The position numbers and the translations under genes were made by a program. From positions 928,001 through 992,000 of the forward strand of contig JBMNFY010000017.1 of assembly GCA_050949565.1 (NCBI GenBank): a DNA stretch of 64,000 nucleotides. Direction: 5' to 3'. Of this stretch, positions 62,181 to 64,000 are shown piece by piece (the stretch's first letter is position 1; every line of letters begins with the position of its first letter). The notes under the pieces are model-generated. The model was not told the origin of the DNA. It searched no databases and saw nothing but the letters and a program-made list of their open reading frames with translations. This DNA comes from Kiritimatiellia bacterium (lineage in GTDB: Bacteria > Verrucomicrobiota > Kiritimatiellia > RFP12 > UBA1067).

Positions 62181-63344
62181 CTATTGTACACTACCGTAAA
62201 ACGCAGCTTTTTGAAAATCACCGCGCAGATCCGAATTGTCCGAGTTCGGGAAGTTGACCCGCTGCACCATGAGAATGTACGCCACGCCTTTGACCGGGTC
62301 GATCCACCCCTGCGTGCCGTAGGCACCGCCGTGACCGAACGATCCCGGCGACAGCACGGCGGTCACGCCCTGCGGTTCACGCACCATGCCGCACCCCAAT
62401 CCCCAAGCGCAACCGGGCGTGAAGCCGGTCTTCAGGTCGCCGCTCTGAATCGTGGACATCGCCGTAACAGAGGTCGCCGACAGGATGCGGCGACCGCGGA
62501 AGATGCCGCGATTGAGTAACATCTGGCAGAAGCGCGCGTAATCCGGCGCGGTCGAGTAGAGCCCGCCGTTCGGTGCCGGGAACCGCGCATCGCCGCGCGC
62601 ACAGTCGTAGACCGGCGGCAGTGCAGCACGCTCCAGCCTGTCACCGTTCCGCTTGTACGAAACGGCGAGTCGTGCACGCTGGTTTGCGTCCGGATAAAAC
62701 GTTGTGTCCTGCATGCCGAGCGGCTTGAACAGGCGTTCTGCCAGAAAGCGTTCGAACGGCATACCCGAGAGCACCTCCACCACGCGACCCAAGGCATTCA
62801 TGCCGGACTGACTATACTGCCAACGGGTGCCAGGCGTGAACAACGCCGGTTTGGCGGCAATATGCGGCATCAGTTCTGCCAGCGTCCGCGACGCGAGTTG
62901 CTCCGCCTGCGTCGCCTCCGCCATGCCTGAGGTGTGCGTGAGCATCTGGCGCAACGTCGGAACCGCCGACCGGCCATCGGCGGTCTTCAGTCCAGAGAAC
63001 TCTGGGAGATATGTGGAGACCGGCGCATCCAGTTCAAGCTTGCCCTCATCCAGCAGCATCATCACGGCGCATGCCGTGACAGGCTTGGTCATTGAGGCGA
63101 TCCAGAACAGCGTGTCTGTACGCATCGGACGTTCGGCTTCGCGGTCCGCGAAACCGAAGGCCACCGTTTGACGCACACGCTCGCCGTCCACCACGCAAGC
63201 CACCGCGCCGGCGACCTCGTCCGCATCGATATACGGCTGAATCGCCTGCTTCAGGGTCGCCTTGGAGGGCGTACGTCCGATCATGCATCCCGCCAACATA
63301 CAGCATCCCGCCACACTGCCCCATACTTGTACTCTACTCATCAT
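62181..63344 (-). CDS. Serine hydrolase of the beta-lactamase class C/EstA fold (lipoprotein)
   Basis: LAGC; FWIASMTK (SxxK), LTHTSG, WQYS, FGHGG. Confidence 0.88.
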   Translation of the reverse strand: MMSRVQVWGSVAGCCMLAGCMIGRTPSKATLKQAIQPYIDADEVAGAVACVVDGERVRQTVAFGFADREAERPMRTDTLFWIASMTKPVTACAVMMLLDEGKLELDAPVSTYLPEFSGLKTADGRSAVPTLRQMLTHTSGMAEATQAEQLASRTLAELMPHIAAKPALFTPGTRWQYSQSGMNALGRVVEVLSGMPFERFLAERLFKPLGMQDTTFYPDANQRARLAVSYKRNGDRLERAALPPVYDCARGDARFPAPNGGLYSTAPDYARFCQMLLNRGIFRGRRILSATSVTAMSTIQSGDLKTGFTPGCAWGLGCGMVREPQGVTAVLSPGSFGHGGAYGTQGWIDPVKGVAYILMVQRVNFPNSDNSDLRGDFQKAAFYGSVQ

Positions 63345-63383
63345 CTCACACCTCCCGATTGATTGCATTCTCAACCTGACTCC

Positions 63384-64000
63384 CTACACGACTTCTGTCC
63401 GCAAGGCCGGATCGAGGAGATCGCGCAGTTCGTCCGCCACATGGTTAAAAGCGAGAACCAACGCGAAGATCGCCAGCGTGACAAAGGTCATCTCCCACCA
63501 CACGCCCTGCCAGAGCCGCAGACGCGCGTTGTTGATCATGATGCCCCACGACGGTTCGCCCTGCACACCGATACCCAGAAAGCTGATAAAGACCTCTGTC
63601 GCCACCGACGCAGGGAACCGCACCGAGAATGCGATCAGGATGATGTGCGTCACATTCGGCAGGATGTGGCGGAACATGATACGCGCATGACCGTACCCCA
63701 ACACTTCGGCGGCCTGCACGTAAGCGCGGTGGCGGTGCTTGATGACCTCGCCGCGTACATTGCGGCAGACGCTCACCCAAGTTGTCAGGCCGATCCCGAG
63801 ATAGACGCCGGCCAACCCCTGCCCCACCACCATCGCAATCGCGAGAATAAAGAGTAAGCCCGGCATCGAAGCGACCGTTGCGCACAGCCAGACCACGATG
63901 CTGTCCACGCGCCCGCCGAAGTAGCCGCCCAAGCAACCTAGCAGCACACCCAAGGGAATCGCGATCAACGAAGTGATGATGCCGACGTGAAACGCGATGC
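63384..64000 (-). CDS. Peptide/oligosaccharide ABC permease (OppC/DppC family), 5' end outside the window
   Basis: GYFGGRVD, YVQAAEVLG..RIMFRHILPN, ISFLGIG, PSWG, LRDLLDP. Confidence 0.9.
   Translation of the reverse strand, partial: IAFHVGIITSLIAIPLGVLLGCLGGYFGGRVDSIVVWLCATVASMPGLLFILAIAMVVGQGLAGVYLGIGLTTWVSVCRNVRGEVIKHRHRAYVQAAEVLGYGHARIMFRHILPNVTHIILIAFSVRFPASVATEVFISFLGIGVQGEPSWGIMINNARLRLWQGVWWEMTFVTLAIFALVLAFNHVADELRDLLDPALRTEVV

Noticed and set aside
62181-63344. Antibiotic-resistance beta-lactamase
   Set aside because: It has YSQ and HGG instead of YxN and KTG, typical of family VIII esterase-like hydrolases.

Overview
High-GC bacterial chromosomal segment, probably from a Kiritimatiellota/Lentisphaerota-like (PVC) organism. 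That placement is inferred from the protein families and a C-terminal GTLIKLR motif. The window carries housekeeping genes (tag, hppA, mlaEFD plus a PqiC-like gene, uvrC, xerD, HU, a split-MetH domain, mraY, hemB, an ABC permease) and many secreted carbohydrate-active proteins (GH5, GH43, a beta-propeller GH, heparinase II/III, GH42-like). It also has a RHH/PIN toxin-antitoxin pair and one IS1182/IS5-like element with perfect 20-bp IRs and a 5-bp TSD. Three giant secreted-protein genes are broken by stops, frameshifts or fusion junctions. The intergenic DNA is the unusual part and is assembled from a shared kit of repeat modules. It includes (i) a 7-copy 181-bp tandem array whose allelic variants are shuffled combinatorially, (ii) a gene bracketed by 24-bp inverted repeats with a duplicated junction, (iii) two MITE families with TSDs, one inserted in frame into a signal peptide, and (iv) an AT-rich cluster of DnaA-box-like nonamers (possible oriC) with no dnaA nearby. 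I recognised no tRNA, rRNA or CRISPR array. All calls come from reading motifs by eye; no database search was run.
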